From an uncultured virus (IMG/VR IMGVR_UViG_3300032007_000021) (taxonomy: Duplodnaviria; Heunggongvirae; Uroviricota; Caudoviricetes), in the IMG/VR virus record IMGVR_UViG_3300032007_000021: DNA of 63,351 bases. One strand, given 5' to 3'. The notes under the pieces are model-generated. The model saw only the letters and a list, made by a program, of their open reading frames with translations, did not search any database and had not been told where the DNA came from. Made by a program: the position numbers and the translations under genes. Shown here piece after piece: positions 11,977 through 22,506 of this stretch; position 1 is the first letter of the stretch, and each line of letters starts with the position of its first letter.

Positions 11977-13134
11977 TTAAATATCATAATAAGAACAAGA
12001 GTTACATCCATGTTGTTTGATACTGTTCAAAGAAATTGATCTGTCTCTGGAAACTTTATCAGAATACCAAACCTCTTTAACAAAATCTTTACATTTATTC
12101 AAATCTATACCTTCTTTCCATTCTCCTTCTCCTTCCATGAAAGAACAAGGAAAGAAACGTCCATCTGCATTGATATATAAAGAAAACAAACATTTCTCAC
12201 AAGGTTCACAATATGTTTTGATTCGTTCACAATCAGGTTTTTCTTGAATTGCTTTAAAAAATTTGTTACATGAACAACTGTCCATACCAAACCTAATGTC
12301 ATTTTCAAAACAATAATCTATGATTTTTTTATATTCCTATTCTGAAAGTTTATTATAATCCATTCCTCTTCCTTTTTGTTTCAAAGATAAGAATACTATT
12401 GCATTAACTTTTTTAAGCCTTGTATCGCATCTTAAATCATCAAGAAGTTCAAAGATAAAGTTGTATGTCTCCTTGCTGATAAGTGCGTGTATATTCACCG
12501 TAATAGGCTTTTCTTGCTTTTCTGATTCATCTGTTAAAAGTTTAACCGAATTATAACAACATTCTTTATTGAATTGATACGCAGATACAGCTACAGCACC
12601 ACAATTACTAACAATATTTTTTGCTGTATCTTCTGTAATATCAGCAACAGTTATATTGGGAGTAACACCATTTTCTTTCGTATATTTTATGATTTTCCAA
12701 ATATCAGGATTTAATTCTTCACTTGCTTCCGCATCAACTCCAAATGCTATTTGTGTCATTGTTTTTGCTTCATTCAATAAATCAAATATTTTTTTGAATT
12801 TTTCAAAAGACATATAATGTCCACAAGGAATATTTCCCTTATAACACATTTCACAAACTTTTCTTCTGCCGTCTTTTCCTCTTATTCCACGACATGCTTT
12901 TGTAATCTCTATATCTGCAATTTCATTTCCAAAAGGATTATAGTCTGGGTCTTTACTGAAATTTTCTCCCCATTTATAAGTCAACCCATCTGATTTTCTA
13001 AAAAGCATGTTGAAATTCATGCTCTTTATAAGTCTATTACCATTTTTATCTTCCAAAACAAAATAATTCTTATCTTGTTTGATAAGTTCACCTTCATTAA
13101 AAACTTTTTTATAAAAATCAAGAAACTCTTTCAT
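11977..13134 (-). CDS. radical SAM protein with SPASM-like C-terminus
   Basis: EITKAC...CEMCYK cluster motif and CEKCLFSLYINADGRFFPCSF; two track ORFs joined by one TAG at 12337. Confidence 0.8.
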
Positions 13135-13158
13135 TTACATTTCCTTTCAAATGAAAAA

Positions 13159-13635
13159 TCAAGCAGACCAATATTTAAAAGTATTCTTTTTCAAATCATG
13201 AATCAACACATTTTCCTGTCTAAACTATTGACATAATTTTGTAGCAATTTCTTCAACAACATACATAGGAGTATTATTTAAAATAATTCTAACCGTATCA
13301 TCTTTTGTTTCTTCTCCATCAAACAAACTAACATATCTCCCTTTCAATCCTTTCTATATAGTCCATCCAAATTGGAAAATTTCATTTCTTTTCATTGCTT
13401 CTTTGATAATACCATAAAACTTATTAAGAGTAAGAAAATGATTCAAAATTGTTCCCCCAACCCTTTCAAGCCAACCATATAACTTTTTACAAGTAACAGT
13501 TGTTGAAACAAATATTTCTCCTCCGGGACTTAATTTCATCGTATATTTTGCAATTAATCTGCTTGCTAACCTCTAAACATCATCTGCTTCCACAAACTTA
13601 TTCAAATCTTCATTATAAACAAATTTTATTTCCAT
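13159..13635 (-). CDS. hypothetical protein
   Basis: GGGAG RBS; frame continuous through TAGs; contains LCQ*FRQENVLIHD. Confidence 0.6.
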
Positions 13636-13660
13636 ATAATCTCCCTTTTTCTCCCTCTTT

Positions 13661-13894
13661 TTATTTGCACTTTTGAATAAATCTTTTATCACCTTTAAAA
13701 ACACAACCAAAAAACGGCTTAAGTGTATGACCATCTTTTGTCATCGGATAATCAATCCCAACACAAAGAGTTTTAATATCCCTAATTTTACTTGGAATAT
13801 AATCAATAATTACTTTGAAAAGCAATTTAAAAGATTCCTTCCAATACTCTTTATCAATAATCAGATTTTCATTCACACCTTCAGTCATTTTCAT
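13661..13894 (-). CDS. hypothetical protein
   Basis: Track ORF with GGAGG RBS. Confidence 0.55.
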   Translation of the reverse strand: MKMTEGVNENLIIDKEYWKESFKLLFKVIIDYIPSKIRDIKTLCVGIDYPMTKDGHTLKPFFGCVFKGDKRFIQKCK

Positions 13895-14140
13895 TTTTCA
13901 ATCCTCCTTGTTATTGATTTGTAAATAAAGGTTTTATTCAAAAAAACAGGAATTAATACAAAGAACCACTTCATTTATATCTATGTCAAATTTTGTCTCA
14001 TTCAAACAACAATCAAAATAATTGTTGGGAATATCTTTAAAACAAACATAAATATTATTGTTCACAAAACATTTTTCACAACTACCCTAACACGAAACAC
14101 ATACTTCACCTTCTTCCATTTTCTCTGTTCCTTTCTTGGT

Positions 14141-14647
14141 TTAATCCATAAGATAAGTCCAAGTTTTCAGTTTGCTGTTTCCGAATTTCTTCCAATAAGT
14201 TTCAAGACGCTTTTTGAACATTTCTTTCTGATTTTCAGACTCCTTTTTCAGTTCTTCTTTGTCTTTATCAGTAAGTTTGAAAATTTGTTCAGCGCGATAA
14301 CATCTTTCCATTTCGTTTTTCATGAAACTGACCACATGATTTTCATTTGTATAAGAAATCACGCCAAACAAACTTTCAGAAAAATTATAATCAAATTTTT
14401 TGAGATTTTCACGAATAAAATTCTGTTTTTCTTTCATTTCTTTTGTGAAATGAATTGCATCTTCAAAATCTTCTTCTGTACTAATCCCATTCTGTCCATA
14501 ACCAACAGGAAATCTGGTCTTGATTGTAGGTTTGCAGAAAAGAAAAATTTTACCATTTTCAAACTCAACATAACCACAAGCATTGTTAACATAATAATCA
14601 TCAACAACACCTTTTTCATAAAGTTTTTCCACGAAATCTTTTTTCAT
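14141..14647 (-). CDS. hypothetical early protein
   Basis: Starts MKKDF directly after the repeated promoter/leader; TAG-free. Confidence 0.65.
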   Translation of the reverse strand: MKKDFVEKLYEKGVVDDYYVNNACGYVEFENGKIFLFCKPTIKTRFPVGYGQNGISTEEDFEDAIHFTKEMKEKQNFIRENLKKFDYNFSESLFGVISYTNENHVVSFMKNEMERCYRAEQIFKLTDKDKEELKKESENQKEMFKKRLETYWKKFGNSKLKTWTYLMD

Positions 14648-14716
14648 TTCAAATCTCCTTGATTTGTTGATTTTTATTTTACAATATCTATATAACAACA
14701 AAAAATTTTAATTACA
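14648..14716 (-). promoter_or_regulatory. repeated early-type promoter and leader (variant copy)
   Basis: TGTAATTAAAATTTTTTGTTGTTATATAGA...AAATCAAGGAGATTTGAA. Confidence 0.7.
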
Positions 14717-15281
14717 AAACTTTATCTGCAATTCCATATTCAACAGCTTCTTTTGCATTCATAAAATAATCTCTATCAGTATCTTTCTTGATTACATCTA
14801 TATCTTTTCCTGTATTCTTTACAAGCATATTCATCAATAATTCATTTAATCTGTCAGTTTCTTTCAATGAAACCTTCATATCGTTGATATGTCCCTCACA
14901 TCCACTTGCAACAGTATGTATCATCACTCTTGCGTTAGGCAAAACAAATCTTTTGCCTTTTTCTCCACTGGAAAGAATCATTGCTCCCATAGACGAACAT
15001 TGACCCATTCCATAAGTATATACCGGATTTTTTATCAGATTCATTGTATCTATGATAGATAGACCAGCAATAACAGAACCTCCCGGAGAATTAATATACA
15101 AATGAATTGGAGCAGAACTATCTTCACTCTGTAAAAACAAAAGTTCAGCAACCACCACGCTGGCCATATTGTCTTCAACCTGTCCGTGACACACGATAAT
15201 CCTATCTCTCAAAAGTCTGCTATATATATCAAAAGACCTCTCCTGTCCTCCATCATTACTAACAACCATCGGTATTAACAT
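14712..15281 (-). CDS. clpP: ATP-dependent Clp protease proteolytic subunit
   Basis: DIYSRLLRDRII, YINSPGGSV, CSSMG, MIH, DTDRDYFM, YGIAD. Confidence 0.95.
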   Translation of the reverse strand: MLIPMVVSNDGGQERSFDIYSRLLRDRIIVCHGQVEDNMASVVVAELLFLQSEDSSAPIHLYINSPGGSVIAGLSIIDTMNLIKNPVYTYGMGQCSSMGAMILSSGEKGKRFVLPNARVMIHTVASGCEGHINDMKVSLKETDRLNELLMNMLVKNTGKDIDVIKKDTDRDYFMNAKEAVEYGIADKVL

Positions 15282-15300
15282 TTTTCTTCTCCTTTCAAAA

Positions 15301-15585
15301 TCAATCGGCTTTATAAGTCATAAACATTACTCTCAATCCATTCATTGTAGAAAACATGTCAGAAGATAAGTAATAGCCACTATTAAATCTATCCAAATCA
15401 TATTGTGTATAATTAGAACAAAAACATTTAAAAGCCTCTTCATTTGTTGCATTAAAAGACATTTCTCTCAAATAAAGTTTTGTTTCTTCATCATCAAAAA
15501 ACCGTTTCAATTCTTCTTCCGTGTAATCACTCATTTGATTTTTAAATTGCTCTTTCACTTCTTTTTCAAATTCTTCATTCGTCAT
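15301..15585 (-). CDS. hypothetical protein
   Basis: Track ORF; probable start at MTNEE. Confidence 0.55.
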   Translation of the reverse strand: MTNEEFEKEVKEQFKNQMSDYTEEELKRFFDDEETKLYLREMSFNATNEEAFKCFCSNYTQYDLDRFNSGYYLSSDMFSTMNGLRVMFMTYKAD

Positions 15586-15620
15586 TTTTTTCTTTCCTTT
15601 CAATTAAATTGTAAAATTTT

Positions 15621-15694
15621 TGGTCGGGACAGGGCGACTCGAACGCCCAATTCAAACCCCCAAAATTTGCCGTTTACCTTTAACTTATGTCCCG
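15621..15694 (-). tRNA. tRNA-Pro(TGG)
   Basis: CGGGACA/TGTCCCG acceptor stem, loop TT-TGG-GG, TTCGA T-loop, CCA. Confidence 0.85.
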
Positions 15695-15797
15695 ATTTTT
15701 TAAAACATCATCTACAGTCCTTCAACAGTTGCGCTTTTATATCTTGTTACTTCCTATTTATTCATAAAATATCTCCCTCTTTTTGTTCATAAAAAAC

Positions 15798-15882
15798 TGG
15801 TACCCGAAGTGGGACTCGAACCCACATGCTTCTACAGCTTCAGATTTTAAGTCTGATGTGTCTGCCATTCCACCATTCGGGC
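15798..15882 (-). tRNA. tRNA-Leu(TAA)
   Basis: TCAGA-CT-TAA-AA-TCTGA, long variable arm, ACCA. Confidence 0.9.
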
Positions 15883-15888
15883 ATTTTA

Positions 15889-15901
15889 TTTTTCAAAGAA
15901 C
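15889..15901 (-). promoter_or_regulatory. boxA-like antitermination motif
   Basis: GTTCTTTGAAAAA just upstream of tRNA-Leu. Confidence 0.55.
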
Positions 15902-15904
15902 CTT

Positions 15905-16232
15905 TACAAACTTAACGATTCTAAAAACATAAAAATTCTGTTTACCTTTTCAACTTTTATTTGTCTATAGGTTTATTCCGTGTTTGCTTTTGAGTAATAT
16001 ATATATAAGACTCAAAAGGTACTGACAAAATCGGTAGGGAACAGAAACTCCTAACTCATCTCCAATTCGATTATAATGATGAGATTCAATGAACATCGGT
16101 TTTGAGATTAGGAAAAACCGAAAACCAATATTTCTTGGAAATCACAGGGAGCCAAATTAACCAATCCCCAAAGTTTCGTCCAAGCCCTACTCCTTCTTCA
16201 TCTCTCAAGTTGGTCTTCTTGAAAGATTAGTG
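15905..16232 (-). ncRNA. candidate structured ncRNA in the tRNA cluster
   Basis: No ORF; lies between a promoter+boxA and the next boxA; several stems (cttttgagt/actcaaaag, tcggtttt/aaaaccga, ctcatc/gatgag). Confidence 0.4.
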
Positions 16233-16235
16233 TTG

Positions 16236-16249
16236 TTTTTCAAAGAACA
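16236..16249 (-). promoter_or_regulatory. boxA-like motif downstream of a TGTAA-N17-TATATA promoter
   Basis: TGTTCTTTGAAAAA. Confidence 0.55.
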
Positions 16250-16297
16250 TTTATTAACAATATATATATAACACAATAAAAATTTTATTTACAAAAC

Positions 16298-16382
16298 TGG
16301 CTCGCTTGGCAGGACTTGAACCTACAAACCTTACGGTGAGAGATTAACAGTCTCTTGTGTTTACCAATTCCACCACAAGCGA
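16298..16382 (-). tRNA. tRNA with GTT (Asn) anticodon and a long variable arm
   Basis: TCGCTTG/CAAGCGA stem, AGAGA-CT-GTT-AA-TCTCT, variable arm CACCGTAAGGTTT, GCCA end. Confidence 0.8.
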
Positions 16383-16394
16383 ACAAATTATAAA

Positions 16395-16472
16395 TGGTTG
16401 GAGAGGTGGGAGTCGAACCCACTTGTAGCTGTTTATAAGACAGATTCATAATTACCGATCTGACACTCTCCA
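16395..16472 (-). tRNA. tRNA-Ile(TAT)
   Basis: TGGAGAG/CTCTCCA stem, CTGT-CT-TAT-AA-ACAG, ACCA. Confidence 0.75.
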
Positions 16473-16475
16473 ATA

Positions 16476-16489
16476 TTTTTCAAAGAACA
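16476..16489 (-). promoter_or_regulatory. boxA-like motif
   Basis: TGTTCTTTGAAAAA between a promoter (about 16505-16533) and tRNA-Ile. Confidence 0.55.
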
Positions 16490-16538
16490 TTTTTTCAACA
16501 TCATCTATATAACATCAGAAATTTTTAGTTACAAAAAC

Positions 16539-16614
16539 TGGTGCGCTTGGAGGGGATCGAACCCCCGACCCATTGCTTAGAAGGCAATTGCTCTATCCTC
16601 TGAGCTACAAGCGC
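16539..16614 (-). tRNA. tRNA-Arg(TCT)
   Basis: ATTGC-CT-TCT-AA-GCAAT, canonical cloverleaf, CCA. Confidence 0.92.
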
Positions 16615-16661
16615 ATTTATTTTTAACTAAACCTTTTACTTGCATCTCCTTTCATTAAAAC

Positions 16662-16749
16662 TGGTGCCGAAGGTGGGGATCGAACCCACACGCCTTTAAA
16701 GGGCAACAGATTTTGAGTCTGTCAAGTCTGCCAATTCCATCACTTCGGC
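16662..16749 (-). tRNA. tRNA-Leu(CAA)
   Basis: ACAGA-CT-CAA-AA-TCTGT, long variable arm. Confidence 0.9.
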
Positions 16750-16803
16750 TTGTTTTTCAAACATCATCTATATAACATTACAATTTTTTATTTACAAATT
16801 TTT

Positions 16804-16891
16804 TGGCGTTGCTGGCAAGATTCGAACTTGCGGATGCTTTCACATCAACTCTTTAGCAGAGAGTCCTCTTAAACCTCTTGAGTACAGCAAC
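16804..16891 (-). tRNA. tRNA-Ser(GCT)
   Basis: ACTCT-CT-GCT-AA-AGAGT, long variable arm, GCCA. Confidence 0.9.
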
Positions 16892-16898
16892 TATTTTG

Positions 16899-17516
16899 TC
16901 AATGATTATTCAAACAATAAATATGAAAGTTTCCTTCTGGTGAACGCATCAAAAAAGGCATAAACATATTTTCCATATATTCAGTATCTCCAATTTCATT
17001 CCCATATTCCAATTCATTTATTTTCCATCCTTCATTTATAAGTTTCAAATAAATATCAAAACAATTTAGTTGTTTAATTTTTTCTCTTACAAAATCATAA
17101 TAGGATTCACCTTTTTCTCTTTGTTCTTTGTTGTTAAAATCCAAATATTTGAAACCTTTCTTTTCCATCCATTTTTCAAGTTTTTTTCCAGCTTCATGAA
17201 TTTCTTGTATTAATTTAAAAGTATTAGAAAACTTTGCAGCTTCAAAATCTCTTTCAAAATCACTAAAAACAGAACTTAAAACGATCTAAAAATAGTCTTT
17301 TTTCTTAAAAGGATACATATCGCCAACTTCCCACATCTCTCTTTCTGCCATGTGTTTTACAAAATTTTCTTCATTTCCTTTTTGTTTTTTCAAGTCTTGA
17401 ATAAAAGTGTTATATCCTTCAAAAGGCTTGAATTTATCAAAATCACTTATATCTTTATAAAGAACGATAAAACTACTACTTGAACTATTACTTACATATC
17501 CATTTCTGATTTTCAT
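16899..17516 (-). CDS. MKIRxGYVSNSSSSSF-family hypothetical protein
   Basis: Two track ORFs joined at TAG 17286. Confidence 0.7.
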
Positions 17517-17709
17517 TCAAAAATCTCCTTTCTCAAAACTTGCTCACCTTCATTTATCAATCTTTCATTTGATATATCCTAATTATACATAGATGATTTC
17601 CATACAGATTTTAACGTATAATCATCTATAATTTCGACCCATTTCTATTCATATTGTTGATATATAACAACATTAAAACCATTAAAAAAAACACTCTATA
17701 TCTTCTGTT

Positions 17710-18555
17710 TCATATTCTAAACCACTTGTTTTCTTTCTTGTGATATTCATCCAAATATTTGTTTGGTATAACCAAATAAACTTCATCGGGATTGCATTTA
17801 ATCCCTTGTGGTAAAAATTCAAAAATATCCGTTACACAATCTTTCAATCTCACATTATCTATTACAAATAAAAAATTGTCATCATAAAAAACAGCATATC
17901 TTTTTTCTTTTTCTCCAATAAACTCATAAAATTTTTTCAATAGAAATTTGTTGAAGCCACGAAAAACATATTCTTTATTTTTTTCGTAAAAACTTTCATC
18001 AAAACCATAGATTTGTTTGAAAAACAAATTCATATTTTGTCTCTCATGAACTTTATCTATCGGCTAACAATTATCATCCCAAAGACTAACTTCAGAATCT
18101 TCCATAACAAAATGTCCGTTTTCCTATTTGATCTAATTTTCAAATTCACAAACTTTTGTTTTTTCTCCCTTTTCAAACTCATTTGGATTTTGAATTGTAT
18201 TCAAATTCAAAATATAAGAAGAATTTTTCTTCTTTGGGTCATCTCTATAAGAACTCCACCAACACGGAGTACCTTCCTTTATATTTTCACCCGTCAAAGC
18301 GCATTTGTTATTTTTTCCTCTGACACCTTTAGCAACCCACATATACAATCTATTATTATAATAAATAGACATACCCTTTTTTTCAGGAATATTTTTATCA
18401 CTTAAAGCACAACTTAAACACAAATGAATTGTCGGACTGATTTCAGAAACATATTCATATTCATTTTTCTCAATTTCTTTACCACAAATATCACAACAAA
18501 TTTTTTCTGCCTCTACCTTTTTCTTTTCCACAAATTTAACGCCGTTCTTTTTCAT
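17710..18555 (-). CDS. Cys-rich (zinc-finger-like) hypothetical protein
   Basis: ORFs 18133-18555 and 17710-18033 are one frame through three TAG; CDICG...CLSC. Confidence 0.6.
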
Positions 18556-18568
18556 AAATCAATCCCTT

Positions 18569-19078
18569 TCATTTTTTCTTTTTAAAATTCAAACTTATAA
18601 TTCTTTCCTCTATTTTTAATTCATCCTATGTATAACCATATTCCTTAAGACTTTCTTTTATTCTTTCAAAAAAAGAATAAATATCATCTGTTCTTTCTAT
18701 TTCTCTTCCATTCAAAACAAGTGTTATCCGAACAACAGCATCATTTTTCAGAAACTATATAACATGATTTATTTTTATACGAAAATCATTGTCTGCTATA
18801 TTCAAGCGCAACTTAATCTATTTCTTTTCTTGAATATTAGATTTATTCTTTTTCCTGTTCTTATTTTGTTCATATTTTAATCTTCCAAAATCAACAATCT
18901 TAACCAAAGGAACTTCATTTTCTTTAATCAAAATTAAATTCAAACCCTTTTCTTCCGCAAGATTCAAACCCTAAATAAAAGTAAGTCCTTTCATTATTTT
19001 TCCGTTATTGTCAATCAAATCAACCAAACTATTACCTTGATAGCTTCCAATAGTCAACAAACTTTTCTAATCAACCAA
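18569..19078 (-). CDS. infC: translation initiation factor IF-3
   Basis: LIDNNG...*GLNLAEEKGLNLI...PLVKIVDFGRLKYEQ...K*IKLRLNIADND...FL...GRE; putative TTG start after GGGAG. Confidence 0.85.
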
Positions 19079-19778
19079 TTTTCTTCTCCCTTTTCTTTTT
19101 CAAAGATTTAGATATTGTCAAAATATTTTCAATGCCTTGTTCAATGGCATCCCCTCTTTCCGGATAAAACTCATATATTTTTTTGAAATCTTTACTGTTA
19201 ACAAAAGAATTAAAAACAATTATTTTATCCATAAATCTCAATCTTTTTCCAAAAAACTATGGAAATTCTCTCTGTATTTCTAATTCACTATATGCCTCAT
19301 GCACTAATTCATGACTGTAAAATTTACCATTTTTCTCGTTAAAATCATAATCATATTCTCTTCCTACAAAACTTTCCAATCTCTTCAAAGCTTTCGTAAC
19401 ACCTTTTTTCGGTCTAAGAATACAAACCCCATCGCATCTCAAATAATCAACAATATTTGTTTCCGAAACACCTTCCCTTATCGCATGAATAACTTTATTA
19501 TTTCCAATATATACTCCAGAAAAAGTATAATCCCCAGGAATAAATTTATTGCTCAAATAACTCTTGAAATTTCTTCCAATAATATCTCCTGCTTTCAAAA
19601 GCTACATTATTTCCAAAGTCTGTTTGCCCTTTACAAGAAAATCCGCTGGCTTATATTGAATAAACATCGGATACTGACTTAATTGTATATCAAACATAAA
19701 CTATATAATTTTTCTCTTGTAATAATAAAAATTCTTTATGATATTCCAAAACAATCCAATCAAAAATTTTAAATTCAT
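19071..19778 (-). CDS. permuted papain-like (YiiX/YebB, NlpC/P60-type) protein, probably catalytically degenerate
   Basis: LKAGDII, GVYIG, VIHA, GREYDYDF and FYSHEL; the usual catalytic His and Cys are replaced. Confidence 0.65.
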
Positions 19779-19820
19779 ATCTAATTCCTCCTCCTTTTTA
19801 TAGGAGGAATTATAAACAAT

Positions 19821-20264
19821 TTATTTCATCATCTTTAATTGATATTCCAAATTGTTTTTAGCAAGTTTATTAAACTTCTCAAATGTTTTCGTACAAAAAA
19901 TATCTTCTTTCAGAATATTTTGATATTTTTCCCGAATTTTATTTATATCTTCATTTTTAATCAACATATCATGCTCTTTATAAAAATCATCCTTGTTCCG
20001 CAAATAAGAAAGTTGAATATCTTTCACAATTTTTTCAATAGGAGAATATGGTTTTCTCACACCATTCAACACATTCAAAGCATCAACCACATTTTTATTG
20101 CATCCATTTTTCAGAAGATAATTTTCTATTGCATTTTCCTTAAACTCATTCCAATAACAAATCGCATCTTCTATATCAGATTCATTGACTTCAGGATATT
20201 CGACTTCAAACTTGTTTTTATAAAAATTCCAAACCAAAAACATACGATTAAATTTCATTTCCAT
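19821..20264 (-). CDS. hypothetical protein
   Basis: Track ORF with GGAG RBS. Confidence 0.6.
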   Translation of the reverse strand: MEMKFNRMFLVWNFYKNKFEVEYPEVNESDIEDAICYWNEFKENAIENYLLKNGCNKNVVDALNVLNGVRKPYSPIEKIVKDIQLSYLRNKDDFYKEHDMLIKNEDINKIREKYQNILKEDIFCTKTFEKFNKLAKNNLEYQLKMMK

Positions 20265-20330
20265 AAAAAGCTCCTTTCAATTAAAATTAAAAAACAAATT
20301 CGTTTCAAAAATAAATAACATCAAAAAATT

Positions 20331-21341
20331 TTAATCGCATTTCAGTTTAAGAAAAACACCTTTCTTTTTTCCACAAACAGCATTCTTTTGAAAAACCATT
20401 TCCAATTCAAAAAATTTTATCCATTTTTCAATGTTGTCTTTTAATTTACTCAAACTCATATTCTCATCAGTATATAATTTCCACTACTCTTCCAAAAAAT
20501 CATTAGAAATAAAACCATCTCCGGCAAAAAGATTTGATTTGTTGTTCAACCAATTAGAAATAAACCCTAAAAACACTTCTCCAAACACCTATTTCGCTTT
20601 AGTGTATTTGTCCTACTTTTCTTGTGAATAAAGATACTTCTTCATCAGCTATTTTTTTGTACACTCATCTTCAACTGTAATAACTTGTTCATAATTTCCA
20701 TTGTTTGTTTTCAAATAAACATCATTGTCAATAGTAAAAGCTTCCACACCTTTCGGTATTTTTCTGTTACTATATTTTTTATAATTAATAGCAACCCCTC
20801 TGTCTATCAATTCCTTTCCAATCAACCATATTTCAGTATATTTTCCCTTCTACACCTATTCTTTTGTCAACACTTTTTCAGCAGTCTTCTGAAATATATA
20901 TTGATATTTCTCTAAAAACAAACTATATTCTTTCATTTCAGCTTCTTTTGCTTCATAACCACTACTCATACTGTGATACATACAACAAGTAGTATCAGAC
21001 AAATATCTTTCATCTCCACAAGTCCATAACATGAACCCAGCGCTGTCTATCTATCCCAATCCAATTGTGACAACGTATTCAAACTAATCTAATTGTTGAC
21101 CAATTAACATTAATGTTGTGCAAGAACCACCTGTACTGTGAATCCACACATGAATCTATTTTGATTTATCAGCATCTTTCAAATCCATCAACAAATCAGC
21201 ATAAGACGGATTTTCTTGATCTGCCTATTGAAAATCTCCGCTAAAAATCAATTCATATCTATCTTCTTTCTTATAAAACCTTATGGGTTTATCTTTATAC
21301 TTATCTTCTTTAATCTGTTCCAATCCTTCAAAAAAATTCAT
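20331..21341 (-). CDS. divergent ClpP-like (S14/S49) serine protease with C-terminal extension
   Basis: WIHSTGGS, G*IDSAG and CMYH motifs through TAGs. Confidence 0.65.
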
Positions 21342-21358
21342 ACATTTCTCCTTTTTTA

Positions 21359-21832
21359 TTAAATAAAAAGCGAATTATCTTCACCTTTTCCATTAATTAA
21401 TTCTTCTCTTATTTTCATTAAAATTCTTCCAAGATAATTCTATCCCTAACCGTTACATTTCTAACATTCACATTTTCCAAAAAACTTATCATGCCACTTG
21501 TTTTTCAAAACAATCTATTCACCGTCAGTATCTATTAATTTTTGTTTTAACTATTCATTTTCAAATTTCAATCTTATCAAATCCTACATAATTTTCAATC
21601 TGACTTCCTACCAATCTTCTCTTAAAGGAAGCAAACCACCAAGTAATTTAGCTTCATTAGGCTATATCTTTCCAAAAATTCTTTTCATCCTATCCATTTT
21701 CATATTAGAACCAATATATTTCTGCGCTTGATATGCAGCCTAAACAGAATAATATTTATATCCCTAATACTATATTTCACAATACTAAAAATTACTCAAC
21801 CAGCGATTTTCACCACAAAGATAGCAAATCAT
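21359..21832 (-). CDS. NADAR family protein
   Basis: WLSNF*..I*Y*G..Y.SV*AAYQAQK, LREDW*EVR, WHDKFFG, G*NYLGRILMKIREEL. Confidence 0.85.
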
Positions 21833-22293
21833 TTTTTCTCCTTTTTATAAAGCTATATTTGAATACCTTTATTTTGCATTTCTAATTTTTTTAATATCTA
21901 TAAAACAACACTCTAATTACCTTCTCCAGATTCACACCCTATCAAATATGGCATTCCAACTCTCTTAAAATTATTTAATAAACACCAATAAAAAATGTCG
22001 TTCAAACCATACTATAAAGCATCATAATCAGTCTATTGTTCATTTGTTCCATATCTATATTGTGAATATAAATTAAATATATACTTCAAATTTTTGCTCG
22101 GAAAACAAACCTTAGAATAACTACCAAGTTTATTTCTATCGCCAAATTTTGTTTTTCTGTCCGCTATCTATGCTTCAGGAAACTTTTCTTTTAACTGTTT
22201 CGCAAATCCATCTTCCATATTCCAAAAACAATTACATTGATGTATGATTATCGAAACATCTGAATCAAATATATCTTTCTATATTATTTTCAT
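21829..22293 (-). CDS. macrodomain (Poa1p/DarG-like) ADP-ribose processing protein
   Basis: DIF...IIHQCNC...GFAKQLKEKFP, NLYSQ, TDYDAL, MPYLIGC. Confidence 0.8.
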
Positions 22294-22506
22294 TTCAATA
22301 TCTCCAAATTAAATTTTCCAAATAAAAATCGCACTTCCTTATCTAATCAGCAATTTTTTCCTGACAATAAACATTACAAAAACACATCAATTTCATCAAA
22401 CATTTTTTCAGCCTAATCAAAACATCATATTCTCTATTCAAAATACTTTCTCTTATCAACAAACTTATTCCAACCAACAAAATCTAAACACTTTCATTAT
22501 CAACTA

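Noticed and set aside
16165..16210. Hammerhead ribozyme or RNase P RNA (GATGA...GACGAAAC)
   Set aside because: The CUGAUGA core and the RNase P GAGGAAAGUCC consensus are not matched; kept only as an unassigned ncRNA candidate.
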